From positions 1 to 62,411 of the forward strand of contig NW_003314447.1 in NCBI RefSeq assembly GCF_000143415.4: a stretch of DNA of 62,411 nucleotides, in the 5' to 3' direction. Below are positions 24,831 through 38,200 of this stretch, one piece after another. Each line of letters starts with the position of its first letter. Position 1 is the first letter of the stretch. The translations under genes were made by a program, and so were the position numbers. The notes under the pieces were generated by a model. It was not told the DNA's origin and did no database searches. It was given only the letters and a program-made list of their open reading frames with translations. The stretch comes from Selaginella moellendorffii (Eukaryota; Plantae; Lycopodiophyta).

Positions 24831-25489
24831 AAATAATATTTAATATTAAATTTTAACTTAATAACAATATATTACAAGAATTAGATTTATTTATCCAATA
24901 TTTAATGTATATATATAGAATGAGGAGTTATTAATGTTATAGCATAATATATGTTTTCAGTGTTTATGAAGTTTCATTAAAGAGTAAAGATTGATATATT
25001 CTTACTGCTTTTTCTAAATGCAACACTATTGAAACTTGATTGGAGCACTTAAATAAAATTTTATAAACTATAAATTTATTATATAAAAAAATAAATTTAT
25101 GATATAATTGTTATGTTTACAATTATCTAAAGCAAAAATAAATTATTAAATTCAAAAAGATATATAAGTTTCTTTTGAAGTCAATATAATAGTTAATCCT
25201 TGTTCTAACTTTTTAAATTAATTGTAATCTAAAATAAAAAAAGAGTAAATTTATAGAGTTTTAGTTTAACAACTATAGTAAAGTGATTTTTCTTAGAAGA
25301 CAATTGTAATTGACATTGTTGTAGGTAACAAAATCAAACTACTTGCCAAATAGGAGAAATCTTTGCATAGGATAAATAAACCTCCTTAAATGGAATGATC
25401 TAGAAAGCAACAGTCGAATTATGCCATAAAATCTCAAATTCACAAATACTAGAACTAACAAGATATGTACACTATCTATAAGTATATAT

Positions 25490-25817
25490 ATTTCCTGGAT
25501 CACCCTTCAATAGGACAATGTATTCAACAATTTTGAGTGCTAAAAAATTGAGTAAATTTTATTCAAACAGTAAGCTTGCCTACACTAATACCCATTGTGG
25601 AGTCACCAATGCAAAATTCTATGAGGCTAAAAGTGTTAGTTCTATTTTCATTGAGCTTAACAAATGGCACTATACACATGTCCCAGAAGTGCAAGAAAAT
25701 TTGTTATCTATGAAAAGCCTTACTGATACTAGTGTTCAATTTTCTGGAGATCAACACAGTATTACTTTTTATTTTGATGTGGTCAAGGTGATGCACAGTA
25801 CCTATTTACAAGTTTGA
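25490..25817 (+). mobile_element. Copia pol relic, duplicate
   Basis: HVPEVQENLLSMKSL; same as 2713-3040. Confidence 0.5.
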
Positions 25818-27366
25818 TGCTATTTTAGTGCCTCTCCTTGTCAAAGAATCTAAGATGCACTGATTCTAGCATAAAAAGTATGAAAGTAGAAATGTCGCAT
25901 ACACTTTGGGATTGCTTGCTGATCCTGTATCCCACCTCCTATTGGTTATGGACAAGATCAGGCTTTTTTCACATTAAAGCCTTCCGTTCTTAATAATGTT
26001 ATGAAAGATCAGTAGTCCAGTGGTGCCTTGGTTCGAGCTATGCAAAAGAATATTTGTGATAGTTACTCATTTTATGCCCTAGAAAGTTCGTGGCATTTGG
26101 TGCGGTGACAACTGGGACGCTTCCAGATAGAACAGAAAGTGGTAGTTCTGCACCATCAAGCTCCTGCTGCTCTCACTAGCAATAATCAAGAGGCACGAGA
26201 GATTTAGTTCTCCTGTGGCAGATCAATGCGGGGGTGATCCTAGGGAACTGTAATCACCCCTTTGGCGCTTGTCAAAAGCCTCGACCACGCTCTTGCTGGG
26301 AAAGTGTTAAAGCTGACAGTGAGGGTGGCGTCCTCCTTCGCATAAACCTTTCATGTAGACACCATGGAAGTCTGGCTAGTAAATATCCTTGATGCGTCTC
26401 AAGAATCGGGGTGATTTTTGGGTGCTAAAATCGGGAGGAGTATCAAGCTCGGGAGAAAAAGCGGGCTTGTTTGATTCCCCCAAACCCACCAGGCACATGG
26501 AGAACTTCGTCCACTTGAGCTGCCTGAGGATGGAATTGCCTGTTCGTGACAGGAATGGATGGTGAATGTGTGGCGTCGATGCTCCAAGCACAGCCCTGAA
26601 CCTGGAAAGATCACACCGAAAGCTTACAAAGTCTACTTCTCTGGAAGTTCATACCTCTCAACCTTGGTCCCTGAAAACGTATCCCGCCGCCAGGGCGCCA
26701 AACACAAGGTCAGCGTCGAGAAAGCTACACTGCGAGGAGGAGGAGGAGCGACAGGAGGAGCGCCTGCGATCGATCATGTCTTGTCAATGGAATCAGACGA
26801 GACAAGAGAACCAGCTGCCAGGGCTGGAGCCGCCGCTGCGCCGATAGGCCAGGAAATGGATTATCACAGCAGTCTCCAGCTTGCCCACGTCAATCTGCGC
26901 AAGGCTGAGGTGCTCCCGATGCCAGAGCATCCGCATTGATGATCGACGATGATTCAGTATTTGGTATTTACAAATATCGGGAAGAGAATCGAACCCGAAA
27001 CGTTTGTTCTGGGAGACCGATGTCCTAAATGACTGGTCTAAGCTGTTTTTGTGAGCCGGCGAACCAGAATAATGGCTCCTTATTTAGCAAAATTTTTGCA
27101 TAAAAGTCCTTGTTGAGTGGACCCTTCGGCATCGAACCCGGGTCTTCTACAACGGTTTACCTCTACACTTACCTGATAGCCATCATCTCGGCAACCGGGT
27201 TCCCGGAATAAAAAAATCATACCATGTACTTGAACCATATGACAGGGGTCTTTGCGAAATCCATGGCGTTTTTGTTAGATCGCCCACCAGACGAGATTAT
27301 CCCCCGCATTCGTGCTGCTCGGCGTTTCGTCCTTGGCAAAGCCCCCTCTTGGGTTGTGAATCGAAA

Positions 27367-28536
27367 TGGATCGTCAAGAGTTATGGCCTGGGTTGCAATA
27401 GAAACTCGCAGAGCAATCTCCACAGCCGCAGGAGCTTTGCGATCTTCTGCTGGTGTGAATCTCATCAGTCCCAAAACTCCACGTTTCGGCAATCCAACGA
27501 AACCTGTAGCGTGTGGCCATTCAAACGAACATACCTCGGTATCATCCTCGCCTGCCTCGATGCCTGGAGAGTAACAGTCCCGGGAAGAACCATCATTTGC
27601 CCGAAACGAAATGACGATGGATCCCCTTGCATTCCCGCTGCCAGCCAAGTACCAGCTTGTGTAGAACTGAGCCCGAGCCGGAGACCAATCCACCGGGGCT
27701 GAGCTCGCTGTGTGTGCCAGAAAAAGAGAGCCTGAAGAGGACGCGAGCACCCGACTTGGAGCAGGGCTGAGACTGAAAACACGACTGTCCGCGAAGTTGA
27801 TGCCTGTTTCTTCGCTGAGATCTCCAGCCAAGTGCTTCGCCAAGCTCTCCTCCAGCTCCAGATAGACACTACTTGTAGTTGCAAGCGGGCACTTGCCTAC
27901 CAGCTTTGAGCCAAACATGCTGGAGAGTCTCCAGTCTTGCAGCTTTCGGAAAACAACCTGCTCCAATGTCGTGCCTTCTTCGTCCCGATCGAAGTCACCG
28001 GAAGTGATAAGCAGCCTCTGGGAATGGTACATACCACTGTAAATCGTCTGCCTGTCCAGGAGCGTCGTGAGCCCAGCCTTGTCTCTACATGGGAGAAGCG
28101 TGAGCCATGGCGTGAGCCGTGGCGTTCTACAGAGTGCTTCTCTCGGGAGTGCTCGCTCTTGCTCCATTTCTTTCCTTTCACCACCCTCTTCATGCCAGGA
28201 GCGTCGAAAGCTCCTCCTCCTCCTGTCCGGTTTGCCTCGGGCCTCGACGAGAACCACGGCCCCAAGAACGTAGTTGGCAATTCGAGGAAGTTGATCGATG
28301 CGCAAAAGAGGCCCGAGAGAGCGTGCGTGAGGTTTCCCCACGTCGAATCCACCTCTGCCTCTGGAAATGCCGTGAGCTCCACTCCCACTGGCTTGGCGGC
28401 GAGCTGCGCGATCGGATCGCCCACGCCCCAGCGCTCGTTGTTCCATCGCCCTTGCCATTTCTTTGATTCGAAACTTCCGGACCTGTTCCAAGCGATTCTT
28501 TCATCATCGTTTCGGGATTTGAGGATGGAAGATCGA
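27367..28536 (-). pseudogene. PIGT: PIG-T pseudogene type A copy 2
   Basis: Same motifs and frameshifts as 1-1170. Confidence 0.9.
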
Positions 28537-29217
28537 CAAAAGAAAGGGCAAAAGGAGGATAGGGTTCGATTTTACCTCTCAAAAGCCTCGACCACTGAGA
28601 AACGTACTTGGAGTAAGAGTTCGCACCCTTGGAGGCATGGAGGGCAATGAGATCACTCTTCTGAAGGCCATGGGTGTTTGCACTGTGCTGGGAGATTCTC
28701 TCCAAGGACAAGTAAATGTGTGCTTGAATTCTTTCTAGTAGTTGCGTTTATATGTATGGAAAGTGTGGGCTCATTGAGATGCATTTGATTGAGCAGGATG
28801 AAACACGATGATTGAGTGTGGTAAGCAAGCAATCCACCTCTATGCATACTTATGTACAAAATGAGTTGATGTTTTGCCAATGCTTGCTCAATGTTGCATG
28901 ACCATTTGTTTGGTTGCCATTTTGTCTCTACCCAGATTGTTCTTATTAGCATGTATATTGAGTGCAATAGTCTTGAAGTGAAATTATCTTTTAGTGGAGT
29001 TTGAGCCTTGGGCGATTGTCATTTAGTGCATATACTTGCAATATACATTTGTGATAGAGCAAAATGCAGTAGGAAGGCCTGAGATAAAAAAAGATCACCT
29101 TCTCATGGTTTTCGATGCTTGTTTTTCTCTTGAAGTTCTTTGAACTGATAATCACATTTATAAGTTGTAGTTGGTTATGGGTTGGATTTTTCTCTTTGAG
29201 TGGACAATTTATAGATT

Positions 29218-29330
29218 AGTATGTATGGAAAATGCAGGGATGCATATGATGTGTTTGACAGCATGTGCTATAAAATAAACGTGATCAACTTGAATTGCCA
29301 TGGTTACTGGACATGCTCAATGTGAACATT
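29218..29330 (+). pseudogene. PLS-class pentatricopeptide repeat gene fragment
   Basis: SMYGKCR-DAYDVFDSMCYKINVI..IAMVTGHAQ matches 'MYGKCG..DA..VFD.M..NVVSW.AMI.GYAQ'. Confidence 0.7.
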
Positions 29331-29843
29331 ATTTACAGCAAGGTGAAGAGAAAAAAAGGAATGAATTGCATAATCTATGCAAATTTTTTATAATGAATTA
29401 ATTCAAGTCTTTTAACCACAAATGAGCAGAACCTCTTGGTAAAATTGACAGTAGCCTGAAAAGATATTACTAAATAATAAAAAAATTCTATTATAACTAG
29501 GAATGCCCTTAGTGAAGCTGGGAATTTTGCTTAACATTCTCATATATTTAAAACCCAAAAAGCCCATTAGCAAGTAAATCTTGAATTTTCTCACAATGCC
29601 CTAACACTAAATGCAATGTGATTTTAACCTTCTTTTGCTTGCATTTTCTTGTACATACACATACATATATATATACACACTTATTTTTTCTAATTTTGCA
29701 GAGTGATTCTATTTCATTTTCTATATAGGGTAATTTATCTTTTAACTATTGGGCAGGAATATTGCACATTAATGTGGCTTTGACATTTTCATATATTAGG
29801 ATGTACTATAAAGATTCATTTCATCCTCTAGAGACTAGGTAGT

Positions 29844-30259
29844 TGTAAGTAATCAAAGAAAACAAGATTACACCATATGTTGATAATTACATAATAGAAA
29901 ATTATACTATATATTGATATTGATATTTAGTAAGTCTAATTTACCTCCAGTTGAGCTTAACATAAGTGGTAGGGTGTCAAGAGAGTGGGGCTTTTGAGAA
30001 AGTTGTGGCTCTCATTTTCCATTCATGAGAGCATAAACTTCTAGGAAAGCATACTAAATTATAAGTAATTAAAGAGAACAAGTTGAGAAATAATCTATAA
30101 GGTTTTAATATAAAGGGAAAAACACACTTTTTTTTCCAATACTTGGGGGTTAAAACATCTTAGGTTTGAATATTGGGATATTTAGAGGTTAAATCTCCTT
30201 AGGTTTAAGTAGTATTGGGCTAAATGACCTTTCAAGAAGTTTAAATTCATGAATTTATA
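29844..30259 (+). mobile_element. Cassandra-like TRIM, decayed
   Basis: TGTAAG start; second LTR 30060-30259 with a 5S-like tract at ~30187-30242; flanks GTAGT/ATAGT. Confidence 0.6.
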
Positions 30260-30777
30260 ATAGTTTTTTAAACATTAAAATTTAAGAGCTTACAATACTC
30301 TCCCAAACATTGAAGTTATTATAGATGCTATGGAATGGTATATTTCTCTCTCATCTATATAGCATGATTTTAGATTTAATTCTCTTAAATATATTAAGTA
30401 TGACAATTTTAGATCTAATTCTCTTAAATACATTAACCATGACATAATTGAGAAATGAGACTAAGGTTATTTCCTCTTGCAGCATTAGCACAAAATTATT
30501 TTTCTCTTATAAAGCTTTGTGATTTTTATTTATTTATCAATGCTCTAGATTTTAGATGTGATTCTAAGGATAAGGAGAAAGCCATTATATACACCTTTGA
30601 GGGAGGATAAAAAGTTGGCAAGTCTTTATATCAAATATTTATAAATCCATTTAGTTAATTTTCATGAAATATGATTGTTTAACAACCTTTTATTTATAAT
30701 TTTTAATGAATGAGGGACATTGTAATTTGGATTTCTATAATAAATCCACTAAAAACTATTGGTGAAATATAGCTTTA

Positions 30778-31488
30778 TGTAAGCTCCTAAGTTTGGATTT
30801 TCTAGGAGGTTACCTAGTTTAATACTATTTAAACCTATGGATATTTAACCCAAGAAGTTCTATAACATTAAGGGTGCATTTTTATTTATAAACCCTTTTC
30901 TTTTATATTTGAACCCCATATGAAGTTATTTTTTTTTGGTTAGTTATAATCCATTATAATTCCCTACAAATCACACTTTTGTGAATGGAAGTTGAAAGCC
31001 ATAGCTCTCCTAAGAGCCTTACTTTCTGGACACTTTACCTCTCGAGTCAAGCTTAACCAAAGGTAAATTAGACATTTTAGATGTCAATCTCAACATATGG
31101 CATAATTCTCCTACCTAACTATAGAGTTACATTTAAATTTTAGTGCATCTCTTTGTCAAAGAATCTAAGATGCACTGGTTATAACATAAAAAATATACTA
31201 GAGGCAACTAGAGGTAAACTAGACATTTTAGATGTCAATCTCAATATATAGTCTAATTTTTCTAGCTAACTAATAAAGTCAGACTTTTAAGACTTTTTTG
31301 ATATCAAATGTGAACTCCTAAGTTTGAACTTCTTAGCCCAATAATATTCAAACCATAAATGCTTAACCCTAAATATCCCAAGACTTTAACTATTTAGCAA
31401 AGGGGATGCATTATTGTTTAAGAGTTAATCTATAGGGTTTAAATATAGAGAAAAAGAGCTTACACACTATTCTCTTTGGTTGCTTATA
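30778..31488 (-). mobile_element. Cassandra-like TRIM, two LTRs
   Basis: TGTAAG..CTTATA ends, perfect TSD CTTTA (30773-30777 / 31489-31493), decayed PBS complement tttgatatca before the LTR at 31309, 5S-like tract ~30796-30850. Confidence 0.75.
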
Positions 31489-31771
31489 CTTTATTCCCAA
31501 TATCAAATCATACATTTTCATGGGCAATCTATCTACTAGTTTTTTTTTGTTCTCAATTAGTTCTCAAACTATAAAAGCACTAATATAATTAGTATTTGAA
31601 GGAACCAAAACTGATGAAATGATGTTCCAAAATAATAAAGCAACAATGAATAGTGATAAAACCACCTGTTTCTTTTAAAGAAGTAGCTCGCACTACCCTA
31701 GCTTTTCAATTTTTATTTCTACAAATCTATGAAGCTTTAAATAATTATATACTCTCATAATATACATATAT

Positions 31772-34700
31772 TGTAAGAAGCCAACTCCCCAAGGTGTTGT
31801 AAGCTAAAAGATCCTCGAAATCAAAACTATTCATCTGATAAAACCAAGACCAAGTTTGAAATTGAGTTTGAGATCTAAGATTGGGTTTGAAACTGAGTTC
31901 AAAATCAAGTATGAGATTCAAGTCCAAAATCAAGTCCGAGACCAAGTCCAAGGTCAAATCTGAAGTTGAGTATAAGATAATCATGTGGCTTATTAGTCTT
32001 TACTCCTTCCTAGACGCTTGGGCATTCTCTTTGGGATAGAGGTGGGGGAATAAGGATACCCATATTGGGCCATTAAGCTATAATGTTTCCCCTTGAAGTT
32101 TGAAAAACAAAAAATGCACCCAAGGCTTGGGATTTAAGGGGTTCTATAATCAAAAGTTGTGGTACCAAATGATGCTAGGAACCTAGAAGCTTGGTGTGTT
32201 TAGCTGCTTATGCATGCGAGGACTATAGCTGAATTTTCAATTTATAATAACCTAGGGAGGGGGATTATGAGAGAGTTTTGGAATCCATGGATGGATGGCT
32301 AACACCCTATTGTTCATTAAATGAATTGTTGAATCAAAATCGGACCAAATAAGAATTATTATAATAAATGAGAACCTTGGCAAAGGAACTTAACTGAGGC
32401 CAAGACAAAGGTGGTCGGATAGATGAAGTAAATTAATAAATTGGAAAAGGAAAATTTATAGCTTATAATTTTGTATTGAAGCATTTTTCTCAATTCTAGC
32501 AAAAGATAGAGGTGCAACACCGGGAAATGACTAAAGCAAAATGTCAGTGCACTAAAGCAAAGATAGAACCTCCTCTAGAGATGGAGCCTTTAGTTGAACA
32601 AAAAATTATGGATGAGGAATCCATATATAAGGAGGATTCTTATGAGGGAATTTTAAAACGTGAATCTGATGGCAAGGTGCAATTGTCCAAAGCTTGATTG
32701 GATGCTTCAAAGAACAATTGGCACAGATTAATGCTGTACAAAAGCTGAAGCATGATAAGAAACAAAAGAAAAAGTAAAAGATTGTAAATGCTGGCAATGC
32801 AGAAGGCATGGACCCTTTGGTGTGCACTAATGTAAAACCAAACAAGGTTGAGTAAACTAAGGTGGAGTCTATCCCTCAAATAGTTCCCAAGTACAAACCA
32901 AATCCCCCACCGGTCTTCGAAGGAATGAATGATTGTAAGGTGGTAGAGGATTAATTTTATGATATGGAAGATTATTTCCAAGCGTTGCAATTACTAAATT
33001 TGGAAAAGGTCCTATATGCAAAAACATACTTAGTAGATAATGCTAAGTTTAGTGGATAACAACAGAAGCTCATGAAGGACTTGTGGCTACTTAGGAAGTG
33101 ATGAAGATGAGGATCTGAGCAACTTATGTACCCTCAAAAGTTATTCTACATTGCTAAGTAAGTTGAGGGAAACAAGAACTATTCAAGAGTATGTAAATGT
33201 GTTTATAGCCAAAGAATCCTTATCATGGATATGGCTAATATAGATATGTTCTATGCTTTCATATCAGGCTTGCAAACTTGAGCTTGAGGCGAGATGATGC
33301 TCTAGAACCCAAAAAATTACAAAGAAACATTACATATGGCTATTAGCATATATTTTAATAAAAATTTGTGAAAAGGAAATTTAACGGGGTCTAGATAGAC
33401 CAAAAGAGATATATAGAAGAGGGAAATTCATAAAAAGTTTCTCTAAAAATGAGTTTTTGAAGTTTCGAAAAGGTAAATCTAGTGGTTAGAGAGCAAGCAC
33501 GTGGGGGAGTCAAAGTCAAGAGAGACAAATCTACCAATAAAAATGTCAAATCCACTAGTAACATGGGGAATAATATATGTTTTAATTGCGGCGAGGCTAA
33601 ACACTTTTCCAAAGAATGTCCCTACTCAAAGAAGGCTAAAATGAACATGGTTGTTAAATCAAGTTAAGTCAAATGGAGGTATGTAATCTAGTCCCTAATT
33701 GAAAGTTATTTATTACATAAGAAACTTTGGTAAAGAGTCATTTGCAACATTTATTACCTCTCTGATGCAAACTGAAAAATAAATCTGTTAAAATCCTTAT
33801 TAACATAGGTGTTTCAGAAAATTTTGTGACTATAGATATAGTCCAGCAACCTAAACTAATGGTGCAATAGCTAAAAGAATCGAAGACCATAAAGTTTGTT
33901 CAAGGTAGCCAAAACACTAATGAGGTACTTCGATAAACAAAAGTCGAAGTAAGGGCGTAGACAGTGGATATGGATTTCACCGCTTTGAACATTGCGGGAT
34001 TTAATATAATCTTTGGGATGGATTGGTTCAATCAGTTTATAATAACCTTGCATGAATAAGGTAAAAATCTAGTAGTATTGGTGAATGCCCTTAATGAAAT
34101 TTAGGGTGGAGGCCCAAGATCTAAAAATAGGGCAAAGTAGGTCTAAAGAGTCCTACTTGAACCTAATGTCTATAAAAGATTGCTTGCTAAAGGAACCAAA
34201 GTAGCATTTACTCTTGATAAAAAACAACAAAAAGGCAAGAACAAAAGAATACCCTTAGTGATGTAACATGTGATAAATAAATTTCAAGATACCATGCTAA
34301 AGGTGTTTTTAGTAAAGTTACCCCCTGCTTAATTGATTGAATATAATATTAAGTTGGTCGAGGGTGTTAAAGTAGTGGTTCCTCCCCCTTATCAATTGAA
34401 TGAAAAGGAAGTTAAACGTTAACTTGAGGACTTAGTTGATAAGTTGAGCAAATTGTTATATAGGGCATTAGTTATAAGCTCCTAAATTTGGACTTCCCGG
34501 AAGGTCACCCAGCCCAGTACTATTCAAACCCAAGGACACTTAACCACAAATATCACAAGACCATTAACCAATTACAAAAAGGGGGAGTAAATTGGACTTA
34601 CCAAATGTCAATCAACATGTGGTGTAAATCCCCTAGCCAACCAACAAAGTCGGACTCGAGACCCTTTTGATACCAAATGTAAACTCCTAAATTTGGACTT

Positions 34701-35280
34701 CCCGGGAGGTCATCCAGCTTAGTACTATTCAAACCCAAGGACACTTAACCCCAAATATCCCAAAACCCTTAATCAATTGGAAAAAAGGGTGCACTCTTTT
34801 TTATTCATGGGCCCTTTCTCTTTATATTTGAACCCTATGGACCGTCTCTTGAGTTGTTCCCTTTAGTTACTTGCATTGGTGTCATTTATGAAAAAGAAAA
34901 ATGGCTTTATATGTATGGGTATAAACCACCAATTGATTAAAAAATATACCAAGAAGAACAAGGACCTGTTACCAAGGATTGAGGATCTATTTGATAGGTT
35001 GGGACATGCAAAATATTTCTCAAAAATTATCCTAAGGTTATTATATTGATCAAAGTAGTAAAGGAAGATATTGAGAAGACAACCAGCAAACAAAATATGA
35101 AAATATTGAGTTCTTAGTGATGCCCTTCAATTTGTATAATGTGCTAATAACATTCTTGGTGCTAATGAACTACATCATTATATCTATTTAAATCACTTTG
35201 TGGTTGTTTACATTAACAACATTCTGATTTATAACAAGATGCTAAAGGAGTATGTCGAGAGCAAGTGTGACTTTGTTAGG
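31772..35280 (+). mobile_element. Old degenerate Ty3/gypsy element (gag-PR-RT)
   Basis: gag DMEDYFQAL..MFYAFISGL; CFNCGEAKHFSKEC knuckle ~33578-33620; protease ILINIGVSENF and IIFGMDW; RT LPRIEDLFDRLGHAKYFSKI, EFLVMPF, VVYINNILIY. Ends approximate. Confidence 0.85.
34473..34875 (-). mobile_element. Cassandra-like TRIM nested in the gypsy RT
   Basis: 198-bp LTR 34678-34875 plus internally deleted LTR from 34473; Met-type PBS complement ttttgatacca; TSD TTAGT/TTGGT; 56-nt 5S rRNA-like tracts 34490-34545 and 34695-34750. Removal restores RT ALV|SFMKKKNG. Confidence 0.85.
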
Positions 35281-38200
35281 ATAAGAGAATAATTTAAAGC
35301 ACTAGGAATATTTGATTCCTAGAATATACCTTTATCTTTATATGCAAGTGAGAAAGGGTAAGGAGGGTATTTAGGGCAATTGAAAAGAGCTTAAGTTTGT
35401 GATAAAGTATTTCAGAAGTAGAGTTAGAGATGTTGAGAAATAACCCTCATCTCCCAACAAGTGGTGAACCCAATGTGAAAGATTAATTTAGCTTTCTTTG
35501 GAGAATGAAAGAATTTTTTGGATGGATAAAGAGATTTTGGAGTTCTAGTTGCTAGATTCATGTTTAGGGGATTTTTGGCACTAATAAAAGCTCCCCCTTG
35601 CACGAATTTGAAACACAAACTCATAAATCTAGAGTTTTTGATGTTGTTTTTCCACTTTACTTTATTTCACTCAATTTTGGAGAGATTTCTAGTGATAGAA
35701 GCATTAATTTTGGTTGTGCTTTATTTGAGTTGAAGTAGTTTTTCCTATTCTTTCTAGAGAGTTAAAGAACACGTGATTTGGTGGAGAATCAAACTGCATA
35801 CAAGCATTTTTCTCTCACAATTTACCCTTGTCTTCATAATTTATTTCTAGAAGTTTAAGTTTGAGATTCTTGCATTAATTTGGAGAATTATTTGAATGGG
35901 CATTTAGATTTGGTCATGAGAATTTTAAAAGATGCTTCTTAATGAGTGTAGTGCAAGAAGTGGGGAGATTTTTTCATCTTTTCTTGCTCTCTTCTTTCTT
36001 CTCCTTTCACAGTTGAGTTCTAAAGATTTAATGGCAAGATTTCCTAAGCATTTTTTTAAATTTCTTTTATAAATTTCTCCATGCTTCCTAGCTTTTATAA
36101 AAGTCCTTTTTTGCAAGGGAATTCGTAAAGAATCATGAGTTTTGATGTTGTTTTTGTCACATACCATATTGTCAAGATTTTAAAGGGATTCTTTTTTCTA
36201 GTTTCAACATCATTTTCATCTTTCATAAATATCTTAGATAAATGTTCATTAAATCTTTCTATCATGTGTTTACATGTAACATTTGATACCAATATATGAA
36301 GTTTGAAGCAATTTCCCACTTGCTCATTTATTTTGAGTATAATGGGTGGTTTCAACTGTTTTCACTCAATTTTGGGTATATTTAGCCATTTTTCTTTTTA
36401 GGGCTATGTAAATGACATTAAGGACTTTTTAATGCACTCTTGCTCATGATTGTTGAGATCAAGATATTCACATTTTTGTCTTTATGAACATATGAATGTT
36501 GGTGAGTGACAAATTTTAAGGTTCTCCTTAAATTCTCTAGCCATGCTTTTTGGCGATGAGATCTTTGCATTAGATTAAGAGCATTCCAACAGCTAGGAAG
36601 TTTTCACTCTATGAGCATTTGCCATAACTTAGCATTTGTATTGATTATGTTATTTTATGCCCATTCATAGTAGATCCACACATATTCGATGTCTGCTTAC
36701 TATCAACAATATTCCTCAAGTTAATAGTCATTATTCACGTATCCATTATGAGCTATAATATCAAATGGCTCTTTCATCTAAGGATTTAGAGACTTCGGCA
36801 AATAGTGAGTGTTGGCATCTATTACCTATAGCAGTTCATCTTCAAATCCATATTATGCAATATAGGATGAACTTGCCTTACTTTTTAGGCAATGGAGACA
36901 TCTTGCCCAAGACACACATAAGTAATATTATGCATCAAATGACATTGGCAATGATGATGACAAGTTTCGAGACCTCTCAATCGCTTATCAGCCGAGCAAC
37001 AATATAGGCAAAGACTCTTTTGAAGGCAGATATAGTGGACTACACCATGTTCAAGGCTTCATTCAAATCATATTTTGATCAATAATGGGTAGTAAATTGT
37101 TTGCTCATAGACTTCTTTACCTTTCGACAAAGAGCTTGCGAGTCAATGCTAGAGTATGTAATGTGTTTTAGTGCCTACTGAAAGGAGTGTGTGGAACAGC
37201 AGTTTTTGGACATGTCATAAAACTTTTGTAGTTGCTAAGATTTTAGAGCGTGCTTTTCTCCAGGAGCTCAGTATCTCTAGGGTTGAGGGGGCTTTCCTCC
37301 CTCTCTTGTTGGAAGCTTTATATGCAACTATCTCTCATATACCTACTGCTTCTACCGCTATTGATGATGAAATTCTTACAGTGATCAAAAAGTCTTTGAT
37401 GGAGCTTGTAAGGTACAAGGAAATCATCTAGAAGTAGTAGTAGTAAATCCAAAAGAAAATATTCCAAAAATTCTATACTTGCTGCTTACAACAGTCTGAG
37501 AAGCCACAATGTGCTCCACACTCTTGGTATTGGTCCCATTGCAACATCAAGACTCACAGCACAAAGAGGTGTTGGAAGCTTCATCCAGAGCTATGACCAC
37601 CACGTTTTTAACATGTTTAGAAACAACCATTCATTGATAATAGCATTGTAACACAAGGGACGGATTACTATTAATAGCAGCTTAAGCAATGTGCAATCGA
37701 GAATGTACCTTTGTCATCTTCCAGCAAAAGGCTCCAATGGGATAGATCAATGCAATCAAGATTTTGAGGAAGAGTTTGCAAAGATAACAACCACATGAGT
37801 ACAAAAAAAAAAAAACTGATCAACAGAAAATTGATGGCAAGATAGCTCCTTTAGCAATCACTAATCCAACACCAAAAATAACATGCAAGGTCCTATTCAC
37901 ATCTCTCCTTCCCAAATGTCTTGCACTTTTCTTTAGTAGTTCTTAAGTCCTTAAGAGAGCATTTCAACAATTGATGGAGACATCCATCGCCTTTTTGTGG
38001 TATGAGGACTTGCTTTACTTCTTAGGCAATAGAGACATCTCAACCAAAACAGAAATGTATCACAAATGTATATTTATACATTTAGCTTATAAATGTGATT
38101 ATCAGTTCAAAGAACTTCAAGAGAAAAACAAGCATCTAAAACCATGAGAAGGTGATCTTTTTTTATCTCAGGCCTTCCTACTTGGTAATTGTCTTGCAAG

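Larger units (their letters stand above)
24915..29165 (-). repeat. Inverted segmental duplicate (copy 2) of ~38085-42410 and 1-~3715
   Basis: Mirror-image ORF sets (424 aa, 126 aa, 71 aa); the 99-aa ORFs at 25518 and 41423 are identical. Confidence 0.95.

Noticed and set aside
27937-28650. 237-aa antisense ORF (also 38602-39303)
   Set aside because: Shadow of GC-rich PIG-T coding sequence.
34490-34750. Functional 5S rRNA genes
   Set aside because: Only ~56 nt of similarity, embedded in LTRs; the 5' half and terminator are absent.
35300-38080. Short ORFs and a duplicated ~45-bp motif (~36870 and ~38008), possibly LINE-derived
   Set aside because: No recognisable domain motif; left uncalled.
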